The notes beneath the pieces are model-generated. The model was not told the DNA's origin, did no database searches, and was given only the letters and a program-made list of their open reading frames with translations. 64,000 nt of DNA from the sequence record PP438435.1; one strand, written 5' to 3'. Shown in pieces: positions 63,977 to 64,000 of this stretch (its first letter is position 1; each line of letters opens with the position of its first letter). Made by a program: the position numbers and the translations under genes.

Positions 63977-64000
63977 GAAAAACAACTGTCTGAGGTCAAG

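Noticed and set aside
62928-63985. ORFs 62928-63365, 63343-63690, 63519-63770, 63623-63943 and 63737-63985
   Set aside because: No recognisable motifs, overlap hairpins or terminators, and have atypical composition
1-64000. CRISPR array, rRNA/tRNA, IS/transposase, integrase, rep gene
   Set aside because: No regularly spaced repeats, RNA-gene signatures or DDE/tyrosine-recombinase/Rep motifs found by eye

Overview
GC-rich 64-kb segment of a large conjugative element (plasmid or ICE). No rep, integrase, tRNA, rRNA or CRISPR was seen. The host is possibly Lysobacterales/Xanthomonadales-like (inference only). Left part (1-26.9 kb): tightly coupled cargo operons of mostly unknown proteins, plus DUF262, DUF4326, LPD7, topoisomerase III, DUF7007-ankyrin, a HerA-like ATPase, a DUF6036 nucleotidyltransferase pair, NADAR and HipBA. 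Middle (27.7-39.4 kb): part of a type IVB (Dot/Icm, MPF-I) system: dotA/traY, traW/icmX-like, dotL/trbC, a lytic transglycosylase, a split topoisomerase IA, and two small proteins resembling the Legionella substrate adaptors IcmS and IcmW. Right (40-58.7 kb): one co-directional run dotD-dotC-dotB-icmT-parM-parR-pilL/N/O/P/Q/R/S, three extra pilins, a PilT-like ATPase and pilV. This is followed by a MOBQ relaxase, an oriT-like site, a parS-like palindrome with chromosomal-type parB, an HDOD gene and a hairpin-rich non-coding tail. Most striking: at least 15 proteins (mostly unrelated cargo) end in a shared C-terminal P-[S/G/A/T/Q]-[M/L/F/V] tail (PSM x5, PGM x3) not seen at the ends of the pilus/channel proteins checked. 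With the IcmS/IcmW-like adaptors and an extended DotL tail, this suggests a conjugative T4BSS that also delivers a battery of protein substrates. All family calls come from motifs recognised by eye and need HMM confirmation.
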